Shown piece by piece: positions 22,529 through 34,611 of a stretch of 64,000 bases of DNA. Every line of letters begins with the position of its first letter. Position 1 is the first letter of the stretch. A program made the translations under genes and the position numbers. Source of the DNA: an uncultured Chloroflexia bacterium (GTDB taxonomy: Bacteria; Chloroflexota; Anaerolineae; CG2-30-64-16); contig CAWEMM010000002.1 of the NCBI GenBank assembly GCA_963810095.1, positions 32,001 to 96,000 of the forward strand, written 5' to 3'. Under the pieces are notes generated by a model. It was not told the DNA's origin and did no database searches. It saw only the letters and a list, made by a program, of their open reading frames with translations.

Positions 22529-23728
22529 TTACTTCAGTTTCTCCATGCCCTTGAACTCGCGGTAGGGTGACAAGATCGCAAGCGTTTCCCTGTCGTCCTC
22601 CGTCATGCGCCGCTGCACCATGCGCGTGAGCAGCTCACCTAGCCCCGGCCCGAGCATGAAGCCCTGGCCGCACATGCCCACGGCCTGGATAAACCCCTCG
22701 ACCTCGCGCGCCCAGCCGACCAGGGGCGAGCCGTCCGGCGTCATCGGGTAGAGCCCACGCCAGGTGCGCCGCACCCGGATATTGGCCAACCGGGGCATCA
22801 GGTCGATCATACGCCGGCTGATGGTGGGCAGGAAGTCGCTGGTCTCGCGCTTGTCCGTGCCCCAAATGCTGGGACTGGGCGTGATGCAGAAGATGATCTG
22901 CCCGGTGTAGTGCTGGTAGAAGTAGTAGTTCGTCGAGCCGGGCGCGGGCCGGATGTCGACGACCATGGGGTTGAGGAAGCGCCCGACGGGTTCCGTGATG
23001 GCGGCTTCGTGCGAGTCGGGGCGGACCGGCGCAGACAGCCCGACGAGCCGGGCTACTTCGTCTGCCTCGGCGCCCGCAGCATTGATGACCACGTCCGCAC
23101 CGTACCGGCCGTGCGGGGTCTGAACGCCCACGACCTTGCCGCCTTCCACGTCGATAGCGGTAAGCGGCTCGTTGAAGCGGAACTCCGCCCCGCAGGCCCG
23201 GGCGTGATCGTAGAACGCATGCAGCGTCAGCAGCGTCGAGCAGTGGCCGTCGTCGGGCGAAAAGGTACCGCCGGTCAGGTGCGAGTCGTCCCGCGATTCG
23301 CGGTTCAGGTCCGGCAGCAGGTCGAGCATCTGCTCGCGGTCCAGCCAGTCGATGTTGAGCCCGTACTGCTGCTGCACGACCAACAGCTCTTTGAGGATCC
23401 GCTCCTCCCGCTCGCGGTAAGCCACGAACACATAGCCGCCGGTGTTCCACTCGATATCGTCGCCGTAGACCTGGCGCCACGACTTGAGGATTTCGAGCGT
23501 GCGGAGGTTCAGCCGGATCTTGGCCGGGTCGGAGTGGGTGGCGCGCACCCCGCCGATCGCCGCCTTGTTGGAACCCTGGCCCGGGCTCGGCCGGCCGTCG
23601 AGCACGAGGGTGCGGACGCCGGCACTGGCGAGAGCGAAGGCAGTGGGAACGCCGACGCTTCCCGCCCCCGCAATGATCACGTCGTAGTGTTTTGGCGTCT
23701 GCGCGGCCGTCAGCGTCGCTGCGTTCAT
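22529..23728 (-). CDS. FAD-dependent oxidoreductase, DAO family (sarcosine oxidase beta / dye-linked L-proline dehydrogenase beta-like)
   Basis: IAGAGSVG Rossmann motif, WRGLYPMTPDGSPLVG, GMCGQGFMLGP. Confidence 0.88.
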   Translation of the reverse strand: MNAATLTAAQTPKHYDVIIAGAGSVGVPTAFALASAGVRTLVLDGRPSPGQGSNKAAIGGVRATHSDPAKIRLNLRTLEILKSWRQVYGDDIEWNTGGYVFVAYREREERILKELLVVQQQYGLNIDWLDREQMLDLLPDLNRESRDDSHLTGGTFSPDDGHCSTLLTLHAFYDHARACGAEFRFNEPLTAIDVEGGKVVGVQTPHGRYGADVVINAAGAEADEVARLVGLSAPVRPDSHEAAITEPVGRFLNPMVVDIRPAPGSTNYYFYQHYTGQIIFCITPSPSIWGTDKRETSDFLPTISRRMIDLMPRLANIRVRRTWRGLYPMTPDGSPLVGWAREVEGFIQAVGMCGQGFMLGPGLGELLTRMVQRRMTEDDRETLAILSPYREFKGMEKLK

Positions 23729-25825
23729 CGCTCACCTCCCGTTGCGACGCCGGCAAAGACAGCCAGGGGCACTTCCATGAAGAGCGGGCGCTTTGTGCCG
23801 TCGACAACCTCCGGGTCGGGGATGCCTTCGTCGCGGAACAGGCGGCGGATCAGCGCCGAGCAGGTCTTCGAGCCGCACGAGCCCATCCCGGCCCGCGTGA
23901 CCGCCTTGATCTCGTTCACGTCGCGGTAGCCCTTGCGAATCAGCGTCCGGATCTCGCCGGCCGTAACCCGCTCGCAGCGGCAAACGACCACGTCGTCGGT
24001 CAGCCGCTCGACATAGTGGTCCATCGGCTCGGCCACCCACTCTTCCTGCACCTGGATGCCGGCGATCCGCTTCGCGACCGCGGCCGGCGCCTTCACCTGC
24101 ACCAGGACCGTCCGGTCATTGGCCTTGGCCGCCCGCACCCGGCTCACTTCCACGTTCCCCAACGCCTCGCCTGCAACGTCGAGCACGGTCACGCGTGTCG
24201 CCCGGCTTGATCGTCTCGCGCAGGAACTCGTAGGGGATCGTGACCGTGGGCGCGGCCGCATCCTTGCGGTAGTCCACCAAGCGTGATCGCCAGGCCAGGG
24301 CAGACGGTTACACACTTCTCGCACCCGATGCAGCGCTTGCCGAGCTGCTCGGCGATGAACTGCGGCACGTTTCGGATGTCGTTCTCGTCGATGAAGATGG
24401 CGCCCTGCGAGCAGACCGACGTGCACGGGTTGCACGGGATTTCCTGCTGGCAGTGGAATACGGGGAAAACATCCTCCTGTTTCCGCCGGAATGACCTCGG
24501 GCGCCACCTTGCCCGGCTTCGAGCGCAGGATTTCGGCCGTGCGGTACCAGTCGGGTGGGATTTGGTCCACGTCTAGGCCGAGCGCCCGGGCGATCTCCAG
24601 CCCCTTGATCTTGCCCGAGAACATGGCTGCAGACGCCTCGGCGATTTCTTCCGCATCCCCGGCCGCAAAGGCCGTCAGCCCGAAAGCCTGCGCCTTGGAA
24701 AAGAACTCGTCGACCGGATCGAGTCCCACTGCAATGAGCACGGTGTCGCACGCAAAGGACTTCTCGGTCCCGTGGATGGGGCGGAACTTCTCGTCCACCT
24801 GTGCGACGGTCACGGACTCGACACCGTCCGTCGCCGTTGGCGCTCAGGATGGTGTGCGACGTGTAGATGGGGACGCCCATGCGGTGCAGCTTGTCCTTGT
24901 GCACCTTGTAGCCGCCGCACTCGGGCAGCGCCTCGACCAGCCCCACCACCTGGATGCCCGCCTGGAGCGCGTGGTAGCCGGCGATCAGGCCGACATTGCC
25001 CCCGCCGACGATGAACAGCCGCTCGGCCGCCCGGACCAGGTCGCGATTGACCAGTGTCTGGAACGCGCCCGCCCCGTAGACGCCCGGCAAGGTGTTGCCG
25101 CGGAACGCCAGCGATTTCTCCCGCGCGCCCGCAGCCACCAACAACACCTGCGGCTTGACCAGTGCATACTGGTTACCACCCTTGAGCACGCCTACCTTGC
25201 GGTCGCTGAACACCGCCAGCGCCGTGCTGTTTAGCCAGACGTCGACTTCGGGGAGATCCCGTACCTGGGCTTCGAGCTTCGTCGCAATGTCGATGCCCCG
25301 CGTCCCGGCGTAGACGGCGTTGATCGACCCGAAGAAACGGTGCGTCTGCAGCACCAGCTTGCCGCCGAGGCGGTCTTTATCGTCGATCAGCAGGCAGCGG
25401 ACGCCGCGCTGGCCCAGTTGGATGGCCGCCGACATGCCGGCTGGCCCGCCGCCGATGATGAGCACGGGGACGTCGATTTCTTCGATCTCGCGCATTTCCG
25501 GCGCTGTGGCGACCTTGGGCAACTCGGGCAGCCGGTCTACCGGCTCGACCCGCATGCCGTCCGTGACCGGGGTCATGCACGATTTGACCGGCATGCCGTC
25601 GGCCAACACGAGACACTGGGCACACTGGCCGTTGGCACAGAAAATGCCTTGTGGTGAGCCATCCTTGGGATGATGTCCGAAGACCCGAACGCCATTCGCG
25701 AAGAGGGCGGAGGCGATGTTTTCGCCGGCGAGCGCTGCGAGTGCCTCGCCGTGCCAGAAAAATGTTACGCTCGGACGCGGCGCTGAAGACAAGATGGGGT
25801 GGGCTGAAATCCGATACTCGGCCAT
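23725..25825 (-). CDS. Sarcosine oxidase / proline dehydrogenase alpha-like multidomain Fe-S flavoprotein (several frameshifts)
   Basis: N-terminal FCANGQCAQC 2Fe-2S motif, GGGPAG and GGGNVG dinucleotide motifs, CNPCTSVC/CIGCEKCVTVCP ferredoxin motifs in shifted frames, C-terminal VCRCERV...CGSKTC BFD-like motif. Confidence 0.82.
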
Positions 25826-26030
25826 TGGCTCTCCTTTGAACCTGGAGGTACAAGTACGTTATATCACCGCGGGGCAGGAGCGTCTATGACCTCGCGCAGC
25901 TATGCGGCGGGCCGGCCCAGGCCGCAGGCCGGGGTGGACGAGGCGGATGGATCGGATCAGCGCCGGCAGGAACCGCCACGGTCGGCCGCATCCGCGTTCA
26001 TCTGGGTTGTATTCCGGCGCCGGGCGCCTC

Positions 26031-26051
26031 TGTGCTATACTCGGCCGCATG
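26031..26051 (+). promoter_or_regulatory. Extended -10 promoter, probably leaderless
   Basis: TGTGCTATACT ends 7 nt before ATG 26049; no SD sequence. Confidence 0.6.
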
Positions 26052-29000
26052 AAAATCGTCGCTGACCTCCACATCCACTCCCATTACTCCCGGGCTACGA
26101 GTAAGAACCTCACTTTCGAACACCTGGCGCGCTGGGCGCAGCTGAAGGGCGTCCAGGTCGTCGGTACGGGCGACATTGGGCATCCCGGCTGGTTGCAGGA
26201 GATGCGCGACAAGCTCGTGCCGGCCGAGCCAGGGCTTTACCGCTTGAAGGACGAGTACGCGCATGAGGTGCAGCGGACCGTGCCGCCGGCGTGCCAGGGC
26301 ATCGTGCGGTTCCTGCTCGGCGGTGAGATCAGCAATATCTACAAGAAGGCGGGCGCCGACGGGCAGCCCCGCACGCGCAAGGTCCACAACGTCGTCTTTG
26401 CACCCGACCTCGACGCGGTAGCAGCTCTGCAAGCCCGGCTCGAAAAGATCGGCAACATCCGCTCGGACGGCCGCCCGATCTTGGGGCTCGACTCGCGCGA
26501 CCTGCTCGAAACGCTGCTCGAGGTCGACCCCGCTTGCCACCTGATCCCCGCGCACATCTGGACGCCGTGGTTCTCGCTGCTCGGGTCGAAGTCGGGCTTC
26601 GACCGCGTCGACGAATGTTTCGGCGACCTGACCTCTCACATCTTTGCGGTTGAGACCGGCCTGTCCTCAGATCCCCCGATGAACTGGCGCGTGTCGCAGC
26701 TCGATCGCTACACGCTTGTGTCCAATTCCGATGCGCATTCGCCGGAGAAGCTCGCACGCGAGGCGACGCTTTTCGACACGGAGTTGTCCTACCCGGCCAT
26801 CTTTGGCGCGCTTCAGACCGGCGACCCAGGCACCTACCGCGGCACGGTCGAGTTCTTCCCCGAGGAAGGGAAGTACCATCTGGACGGCCACCGGGCGTGC
26901 GGGATCGTGTGGGAGCCGGCGACGACGCGCGAGCACGGCGGCGCTTGCCCGGTCTGCGGCAAGGAAGTGACGATCGGGGTCATGCACCGTGTCGAAGAGC
27001 TTGCCGACCGCCCAGCGGGACGAGCGCCCTTGCGAACCTACCCCTTCAACAGTCTCATCCCGCTCGCGGAAGTTCTTGGCGAAGTGTTGGGCGTCGGCGC
27101 AGGCTCGGGGCGGGTGGAGCAGGAGATGCAGAAGCTGCTGGCCCGGCTCGGACCAGAGCTCGCATATCCTCCGAGAGGCCGGGCTCGAAGAGATCCGCCG
27201 GGCCGGTGGCGACCGGCTGGCCGAAGGTATTGAGCGTATGCGGCGGGGCGAGGTCGACGCGCAGGCGGGCTACGACGGCGAGTACGGGGCCATTCGTCTG
27301 TTCACCGCACGAGCCGCCGGCCATACGGTGCAGGGCGGCCTGTTCGCCGAAATCGAGACCCATGCCGGTCGGGCCTGAGCCCGCGGAGCCCGGCGCTCCT
27401 GTGCAAGCCCCGGCAGCGCCAGACGCCGACACGGCGCAGGAGGAGACCGCAGTCGGAGATGGGTGGCAGGCGTCGTTCTTCGACCTCGACGCCGGTTTGG
27501 AGCCGGAAGCGCCGGTCGCAGGGTCAGGCGGCTTCACCGTGCCCGTTGCGGCCCTGCTGGGCGGCCTGAACGAGGCACAGCGCGAGGCGGTGCAGTGCGT
27601 GGACCGCTCTGTCGTCATCTCGGCCGGCCCGGGCACCGGCAAAACCCGCACGCTCACCCACCGTATCGCTTTCCTCGTGCTGCAGCAAGGCGTTGCGCCC
27701 GAATCGATCCTGGCCATTACGTTTACGAACAAGGCGGCCGAGGAGATGGCCGAGCGGCTCGCCGCGCTGCTGGGCAAGCGCAGCGCCGGCATCACGGTCA
27801 AGACCTTCCATGCGTTCGGCGCATCCCTGCTGCGTGAGTACGGGCGGCTGCTCGGCATTGATCCGCGATTTCGTCATTTGCAGCGAAGAAGATCGAGGCG
27901 TGCTCCTGCGCTGGGCCTGCCCCCACTTGTCCCAGTCCGAGCTCCAAGCGACGCTCGACGCGATCGGCGAGGCGAAGAACCAACTGCTAAGGCCCGAGGA
28001 ACTGGAGCCGGAGCCGGCGGCCCGGTACTGCGGCGTACGAAACCGCGTTGGCGGGCAGTCATGCGCTGGATTTCGACGACCTGGTCGCCAAATGCGTGCG
28101 GCTGCTGGAAACCTGTCCTGACGTGTTGGCGGCCGTCCGGGCGCGCTACCGCTGGCTCTCCGTGGACGAGTACCAGGACGTCAACGCGGCGCAGGTGCGC
28201 CTGCTGGCGCTGCTGGCCCAGGGCGGGGCGAATCTGTGCGTCATTGGCGACCCCGACCAGGCCATCTACGGCTTTCGGGGCTCGGACCGCGGCTACTTCC
28301 TCGCCTTTCAGCAGGAGCATCCCGAAGCGGCAGCGCTGCATCTCTCGGAGAACTACCGATCGACGCAGGTGATCCTCGACGCGGCCGTGCAGGTCATCTC
28401 GGGTGAGACCGAGCACGTCTGGGCCGCGCGACCTGCGGGCGGTTCAGGCGTTTGCGGATTTCGCCGACCAGGTCAAGCTGGACGTCTACCACGGGCCCAC
28501 GGACCGCGCCGAGGCCGAGTACGTCGTGCACCAAATTGAGCAGATGGTGGGCGGCACCAGCTATTTCTCGCTGGACTCGGGCCGCGCCGCCGGCGACGTG
28601 CCCGAAATATCGCGGTCGTTCGCCGACTTTGCGGTGCTCTACCGGCTTGGAAGCCAGAGCCGGCTGCTGATCGAGGCGTTCGATCGTTCCGGCATTCCGT
28701 ATCAGACGGTCGGGCACGCGCCCTTGCACACGGAGCCGGACGTGCGCGCAGTTCTCGCTCACCTGTGGCTCCTGCAAAACCCGCTTTCGCGGCTGCACTG
28801 GCTTGCCGTGCTCGATGCCTCAAAGACGAGCGGCGCACCGGCCGCCGCCGACCGCATCCTGGCCCGTCTCGAAAGGGAGGAGAGCGGCAGGCGATCGTTG
28901 AGCCGTGCCCTGGCCGACGTGGCGAGCGATGCAGGCAGAGGCGCCGATGGGCAGCTCTTGCGGCTCAGCAAGCTCTATGGCGAGCTGCAGGGCCGGAGCA

Positions 29001-29514
29001 GCGTGACGCGGGCCGTCGAGCGGGTCTGGCAGTACCTGCAGGCCGAGCGGCCGGGGTTCGAGGCTCGGCACACGTCGACCAACTGCTGCGCCTGGCCGGC
29101 CCCTTCGGTGATGGCCTGCGCGACTTCCTCCTGGCCCTGGTGCTGCGCGCCGAGACCGACGCCTACGATCCCCGGGCCGACCGCGTGACGCTGATGACGC
29201 TGCATGCGGCGAAGGGGCTGGAGTTCCCCGTGGTCTTTATGGTGGGCTGCGAGGAAGGCTTGCTGCCCTACAGTCGCAAGGGCGAAACGCCGGACGTCGA
29301 CGAAGAGCGGCGACTGTTCTACGTGGGCATGACCCGGGCGGAGCAGAAACTGGTGCTTTGCCATGCCCGCAAGCGGTGGCTCTTCGGGCAAGCGATGGAG
29401 AACCCGGCGTCGCGCTTCCTCGACGATATCGAGGCAGCGCTCAAGGTGCTCAAGCAGATGGAGGCGCGGCGCAGAGAGCCCAAAGAGGGGCCTTCACAAC
29501 TGGCGTTGTTCTAG
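26049..29514 (+). CDS. Endonuclease Q-like PHP domain fused to UvrD/PcrA-family helicase (about 6 frameshifts)
   Basis: ADLHIHSHYS, PAHIWTPWF, SNSDAHS, YHLDGHRAC..CPVCG, GYDGEYG; then LNEAQ, AGPGTGKT, TFTNKAA, VDEYQD, GDPDQAIYGFRG, ENYRS, TLHAAKGLEF, EERRLFYVGMTRA. Confidence 0.85.
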
Positions 29515-29529
29515 CGGGTAATCGGGCCT

Positions 29530-29593
29530 AAACACAAAGGCACAAGGACACGAGGAGAAGAACTGCTCGTCGTGTCCTTGTGCCTTTGTGTTT
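29530..29593. repeat. REP-like palindromic element (CACAAAG family), copy 4, between convergent genes
   Basis: AAACACAAAGGCACAAGGACACG...CGTGTCCTTGTGCCTTTGTGTTT. Confidence 0.85.
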
Positions 29594-29602
29594 TGGTATG
29601 AC

Positions 29603-31055
29603 TTATCGCAGGGCCAGCGTGCTCACCGCCTGCTGTACCGCCTGGATGAACGGGAACTGCCAGAAGCCCAGGGCGATCGTTCCCGCTGCGGCCAGGACGA
29701 CCACCGCCCAGACCGGCCAGCCATTTTTGGGCAGGTCCGCGCCGGACGGTCGGGGCTCAGACATGAACATGGAGACGGTGACGCGCAGGTAGTAGAAGGC
29801 GGCGATGGCGCTGTTGATCACCGCGATGATCGCCAGCCAGACCATGCCGGACTGCACGGCCGCGCCGAACACGTACAGCTTGCCGAAGAACCCGGCGAGC
29901 GGCGGGATGCCGGTCAGCGCGAACATGAAGATCGCCATGAGCACGGCCAGCGCCGGCTGCCGGCTCGAAAGGCCCGCCATCCGCTCGATCGACACGTCGT
30001 TTTCCTCACGGCGCTGCACGGCCAGCAGCACCGCAAACGCGCCCAGATTCATGAAGGTGTAGACGAGCAGGTAATAGAGCGAGGCCTGCGCACCCTGTGC
30101 GGTGCCCGTGGCCAGCCCAACGAGAACATAGCCGGCCTGCGCGATGCTGGAATACGCTAGCATGCGCTTGAGGCTGGTCTGCCGCAGCGCGGCCAGGTTG
30201 CCGATTGTCATCGTGAGCACGGCCAACACCGCGAGGCCGATGAGCCAGGGCCGGTCGTAGCTGACAAACGATCCCAGCACGCGGATCAGCGAGGCGAACG
30301 CTGCGGTCTTGGTCGCGACGGACATGAACGCGGTCACGGACGTCGGCGCGCCCTGGTAAACGTCGGGGGTCCACTGGTGGAACGGCACCAGCGCGACCTT
30401 GAAGCCGTAGCCGACCAGCAAGAGCCCGATACCGATCGGCAGCAGCGGCGCAAAGGGCAGGGTCACCGACAAAGGCGCCATACCCTGGCTGATCTGGGTC
30501 AGGTTCGTCGTCCCGGTCGCCCCGTAGATCAGGGCGATGCCATAGAGGAAGAAGCCGCTGGCGAACGCGCCCAGCAGGAAGTATTTCAGCGATGCTTCGG
30601 CCGAGCGGGCGTCGCGCCGGTTGTAGCCGGAAAGGATGTACAGCGCGAGCGAGAAGATCTCCAGGCCGAGGAAGATGATCAGGAAGTCGTTCCCCTTCGC
30701 CATCGCGATCATGCCGGCGCTGGCCAGGAGGATGAGCGCATAGTACGGGCCGGGATGCCGCGTGAAATCTTCGGTGCGCTGGACGGCAAGCAGAATCGCC
30801 AACCCGGCCGCGATCAGACACCGCGGTGGCGGCGAAGAGTCCGAGCTCGTCTGCCAACGACATGCCCTGGAAGTCAGGTGAGGCCGGCCGCACAAGCCAC
30901 ATCTCGGCGCCGGCGGCAATCACTGCCACCAGGCTGAACCAGCCCAGGATGCGCTTGTTCTTGAGGATCACGTCTGCCAGCAGCAGGAGCAGCGATGCCA
31001 CGACCAGGATGACCTGCGGCATGATTGCCAGTATGTTCAACGTAGGAAAGTTCAT
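29603..31055 (-). CDS. nuoN: NADH-quinone oxidoreductase subunit N (frameshift ~30820)
   Basis: EASLKYFLLG, GFKVALVPFHQWTPDVYQGAP, KRMLAYSSI, GIPPLAGFFGK. Confidence 0.92.
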
Positions 31056-31066
31056 CGCACTTGCCC

Positions 31067-32629
31067 CTACTTGTCGATCGTTGTACCGGCGCTCGTCAGG
31101 CCGGCGGGCGCCATGCTCACGGCGGGCGCTCGGCGGTTGACCGCGTCTGCCACCGCTTGAGCCGATGGGTTGATCTTGTCGAAGAACAGGTTCGGGAACA
31201 GGCCGATCACGAAGAACAGGATGATCAGCGGAACAAGCGTGATGACTTCACGCGGCCCCAGGTCGCGCACCTGCTGGTTTTCCGGCTTCGTGACGGGTCC
31301 GTGCAGCATGAGCCGGATGGCCCCCAGGAGGTACCAGGCGGCGACGATGATGCCCAGCGTGCCGAATACCGCAAAGACCGGGTTCGTCTGGAACGCGCCG
31401 AGCAGGATGTTGAACTCGCCGACGAACCCGTTCAGCCCGGGCAGGCCGACCGACGAGAGCGCCACAATGATGAACAGGAACCCGTAGACGGGGATCGTCT
31501 TCCACAAGCCCCCATATTCCGAGAGCAGCCGGGTGTGCCGCCGGTTGTACAGCATGCCGACCATGAGGAACAGGGCGCCGGTGCTCAACCCGTGGTTGAC
31601 CATCTGCAGCGTCGCGCCCGCGATGCCCTGGCTGTTCAGCGCCATAATGCCCAACATGACGAAGCCGAGGTGGGCCACCGACGAATAGGCGACGAGCGAT
31701 TTGACGTCTTTCTGCACGAGCGCCACCAGGCCGCCGTACAGGATGCCCACGATCGCAAGCGCCGCGATCCAAGGCGCAAAGGTTTGCGTGGCATCGGGGA
31801 AGAGCGGCAGGCAGAAGCGCACGAAGCCGTACGTGCCCATCTTCAGCAGGACGGCCGCCAGGATGACTGACCCACCCGTCGGCGCCGCCACGTGTGCGTC
31901 GGGCAGCCAGGTGTGAAACGGGAAGATCGGCACCTTGACCGCGAACGCCAAGGCAAAGGCCAGGAAGAGCCACGTCTGCGCACCGGCCGGGATGCGCTGA
32001 GCCTGGAGCTGCAGCAGGTCGAACGTGCCGCCTTGGGCATAGAGCACCAGGATGGCGACCAGCATCAGCGCGCTGGCGGCGAACGTGTACAGGAAGAACT
32101 TGAGCGCGGCATAGATGCGCCATGACATCGTGCGCCCGAGGAAGGTATACGTGCCGTGTGCGTCGCCCCAGCCGCCAATCAGGAAGTACATGGGGATCAG
32201 CGTGAGCTCCCAGAAGACGTAGAACAACACCAGGTCGAGCGAGACGAACACGCCGATCATCCCCGCTTCGAGCGCCAGGATGAGGAACAGGTAGGTTTTG
32301 ACCTGTTTGTCGACGCCTTCCCACGAGAAGAGGATGACCAAGGCCGTGATGAGCGTGGTCAGCAGCACGAGAAACAGGCTCAGTCCGTCGACGCCGACGA
32401 AATACTGGATGTTGAACTGGGGCACCCAGGGCAGCCGTTCGACAAACTGCATGCCCGGCTCGCCCGTCTTCCACCATGCAAAGAGCAAGCAGGATACGGC
32501 GAACGTGAGCAGGCTGACTGCCAGCGCAAACCATTTAGGCGCGCGCTTGCCGGGCAGGAGCAGCAGCACCAGCCCGCCCACCAGTGGGAGGAAGGTGATA
32601 ATGGATAGCAACGGGATATTGAGGTTCAT
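31067..32629 (-). CDS. nuoM: NADH-quinone oxidoreductase subunit M
   Basis: GVDGLS, FYVFWE, KVPIFPFHTWLPDAH, LLKMGTYG, GLPGLNGFVGE. Confidence 0.96.
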   Translation of the reverse strand: MNLNIPLLSIITFLPLVGGLVLLLLPGKRAPKWFALAVSLLTFAVSCLLFAWWKTGEPGMQFVERLPWVPQFNIQYFVGVDGLSLFLVLLTTLITALVILFSWEGVDKQVKTYLFLILALEAGMIGVFVSLDLVLFYVFWELTLIPMYFLIGGWGDAHGTYTFLGRTMSWRIYAALKFFLYTFAASALMLVAILVLYAQGGTFDLLQLQAQRIPAGAQTWLFLAFALAFAVKVPIFPFHTWLPDAHVAAPTGGSVILAAVLLKMGTYGFVRFCLPLFPDATQTFAPWIAALAIVGILYGGLVALVQKDVKSLVAYSSVAHLGFVMLGIMALNSQGIAGATLQMVNHGLSTGALFLMVGMLYNRRHTRLLSEYGGLWKTIPVYGFLFIIVALSSVGLPGLNGFVGEFNILLGAFQTNPVFAVFGTLGIIVAAWYLLGAIRLMLHGPVTKPENQQVRDLGPREVITLVPLIILFFVIGLFPNLFFDKINPSAQAVADAVNRRAPAVSMAPAGLTSAGTTIDK

Positions 32630-32677
32630 AACCGCTCGTTTCGCTTGGGTCGCCAGGCCGAATGGTCGCCCGATCGA

Positions 32678-34576
32678 CTACCGGATAGCCAGCCAGGCCA
32701 ACAGTGCCACCGCGCCGAACAGCATCGCCAGCGCGTAGAGCCCCACCATGCCGCTCTGCAGGCGGCGCACCTGCGAACCCAGCCAGCCGGTTGCGCCGGC
32801 CAGGCCGTTCACCGCACCGTCGATGCCGCCCCGGTCAAAGACCCGGGCCAGCCAGTCGCCGATCGCCCGCAGCGGGTTGACGATGATCATGTTGTAGAGT
32901 TCGTCGACGTAGTACTTGCGGTCCACCCACTCGGCCACGGGGCCGAGCGCGGCGCGGAAGCGCTTGGGCAGGCTCGTGTCGACGATGTAGGCGCGGTAAG
33001 CGAGATAGGCGCCGGCAATCGCAATCAAACCTGATACGGCCAACAGGATCAGCTCGACGACGAGGTTCGGATGAACCGCGGGGGCAGCCGCACCCGCGGC
33101 CTCGAAGGCGGGCTCGAGCGCCGGGTCGATGATTGACAGGCTGGGCAGGCCAAGATAACCGGTCAGGAGCGCGCCGGCAGCCAGGAGGATGAGCGGGATG
33201 GTCATCACCCGGGGCGATTCGTGCGCCGAATTGAACAGCTTCTTGTCCCGCTCCTGGCCCCAGAAGGCCATGAAGAGCATGCGGAACGAATAGACGGCGG
33301 TCATAAAGGCGGTGACCGCACCGACGGCCCACAGCGGGATCGAATACTCAAACGCGTTGAAGAGAATGGCGTCCTTGCTGAAGAAGCCGGACAGCAGCGG
33401 GATGCCCGCGAGTGCGCCCACACCCACAACGAAGGTCCAGTAGGTCGTCGGCATCTTGACGCGCAGGTTGCCCATCTTCCGAATATCCAGCTCGCCGTGC
33501 AGGCCGTGCATCACGCTGCCCGCGCCGAGGAACAGCAGGGCCTTGAAGAACGCGTGCGTGACCAGGTGAAAGATGGCGGCCGGATAGGCGCCGACGCCCA
33601 CTGCGATGAACATAAAGCCGAGCTGCGAGACGGTCGAATAGGCCAGGATGCGCTTCATATCGGTTTGCGCGAGGGCAATGGTGGCTGCGATGAACGCAGT
33701 CGCCACGCCGATCCAGGCCACCCAGTTGCCCGTCGTCGGCGCCAATTCGAACAGCGGGGCCGAACGAGCGATCATGTACACGCCGGCGGTCACCATGGTC
33801 GCGGCATGAATCAGGGCGGAAACCGGTGTCGGACCTTCCATGGCGTCGGGGAGCCAGACGTAGAGGGGGATCTGCGCGCTCTTGCCCGTCGCTGCCAACA
33901 GCATGAGCATAGTGGCTGCGACCACCGCGGCGCTGCCCACGGCCCACACTTGCGGCGCTTTCGCAAACACCTCCGTGAACTGCAGCGAGCCAAGCCCCGT
34001 AAAGATAATCATGATAGCGAGCAGCAGGCCGAAGTCGCCGATGCGGTTGACGATAAAGGCTTTCTTGCCTGCGTCCGCCGCGGAGGGCTTTTCGAACCAG
34101 AAACCGATCAGCAGGTATGAGGCCAGGCCCACGCCTTCCCAGCCGACGAACATCAGCAGGTAGTTGTTCGCCAGGATCAGCGTCAACATCATGAGGATGA
34201 AGAGGTTGAGATAGGCGAAGAAGCGCGGGAAGCGCGGATCGTCGTGCATGTAGCCGGTAGAATAGACGTGGATCAGGAAGCCGACGCCCGTGACCACCAG
34301 GGCCATCACAACCGAGAGCTGGTCGATGAGCAGGGCCGCATCGACCTTGAAGTTGCCGACGAGCATCCACTGCCACAGGAAGACCTGGTGCTTGCGCTCT
34401 TCGCCGGGCAGGCTGAACAACTGTACGGCAACCGCGACGGCCACTGCAAAGCTCAGGAAGACCATGGCCGGCGCGATCCAGCCGACCGCCTTGCGCCCCA
34501 GCCGCCTGCCGAAGAGCGAAATGACCAGCGCGCCCAGCGCCGGAAAAACGAGCATCAACCAGGCATAATCAAGCAT
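32678..34576 (-). CDS. nuoL: NADH-quinone oxidoreductase subunit L (standard-length helix HL)
   Basis: GWEGVGLASY, GKSAQIPLYVWLPDAMEGPTP, THAFFKALLF, KYYVDELY...LQSG. Confidence 0.96.
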   Translation of the reverse strand: MLDYAWLMLVFPALGALVISLFGRRLGRKAVGWIAPAMVFLSFAVAVAVAVQLFSLPGEERKHQVFLWQWMLVGNFKVDAALLIDQLSVVMALVVTGVGFLIHVYSTGYMHDDPRFPRFFAYLNLFILMMLTLILANNYLLMFVGWEGVGLASYLLIGFWFEKPSAADAGKKAFIVNRIGDFGLLLAIMIIFTGLGSLQFTEVFAKAPQVWAVGSAAVVAATMLMLLAATGKSAQIPLYVWLPDAMEGPTPVSALIHAATMVTAGVYMIARSAPLFELAPTTGNWVAWIGVATAFIAATIALAQTDMKRILAYSTVSQLGFMFIAVGVGAYPAAIFHLVTHAFFKALLFLGAGSVMHGLHGELDIRKMGNLRVKMPTTYWTFVVGVGALAGIPLLSGFFSKDAILFNAFEYSIPLWAVGAVTAFMTAVYSFRMLFMAFWGQERDKKLFNSAHESPRVMTIPLILLAAGALLTGYLGLPSLSIIDPALEPAFEAAGAAAPAVHPNLVVELILLAVSGLIAIAGAYLAYRAYIVDTSLPKRFRAALGPVAEWVDRKYYVDELYNMIIVNPLRAIGDWLARVFDRGGIDGAVNGLAGATGWLGSQVRRLQSGMVGLYALAMLFGAVALLAWLAIR

Positions 34577-34611
34577 GCTGTCACCTTTCGGGTGTTAGCC
34601 CGACCGCTTCT

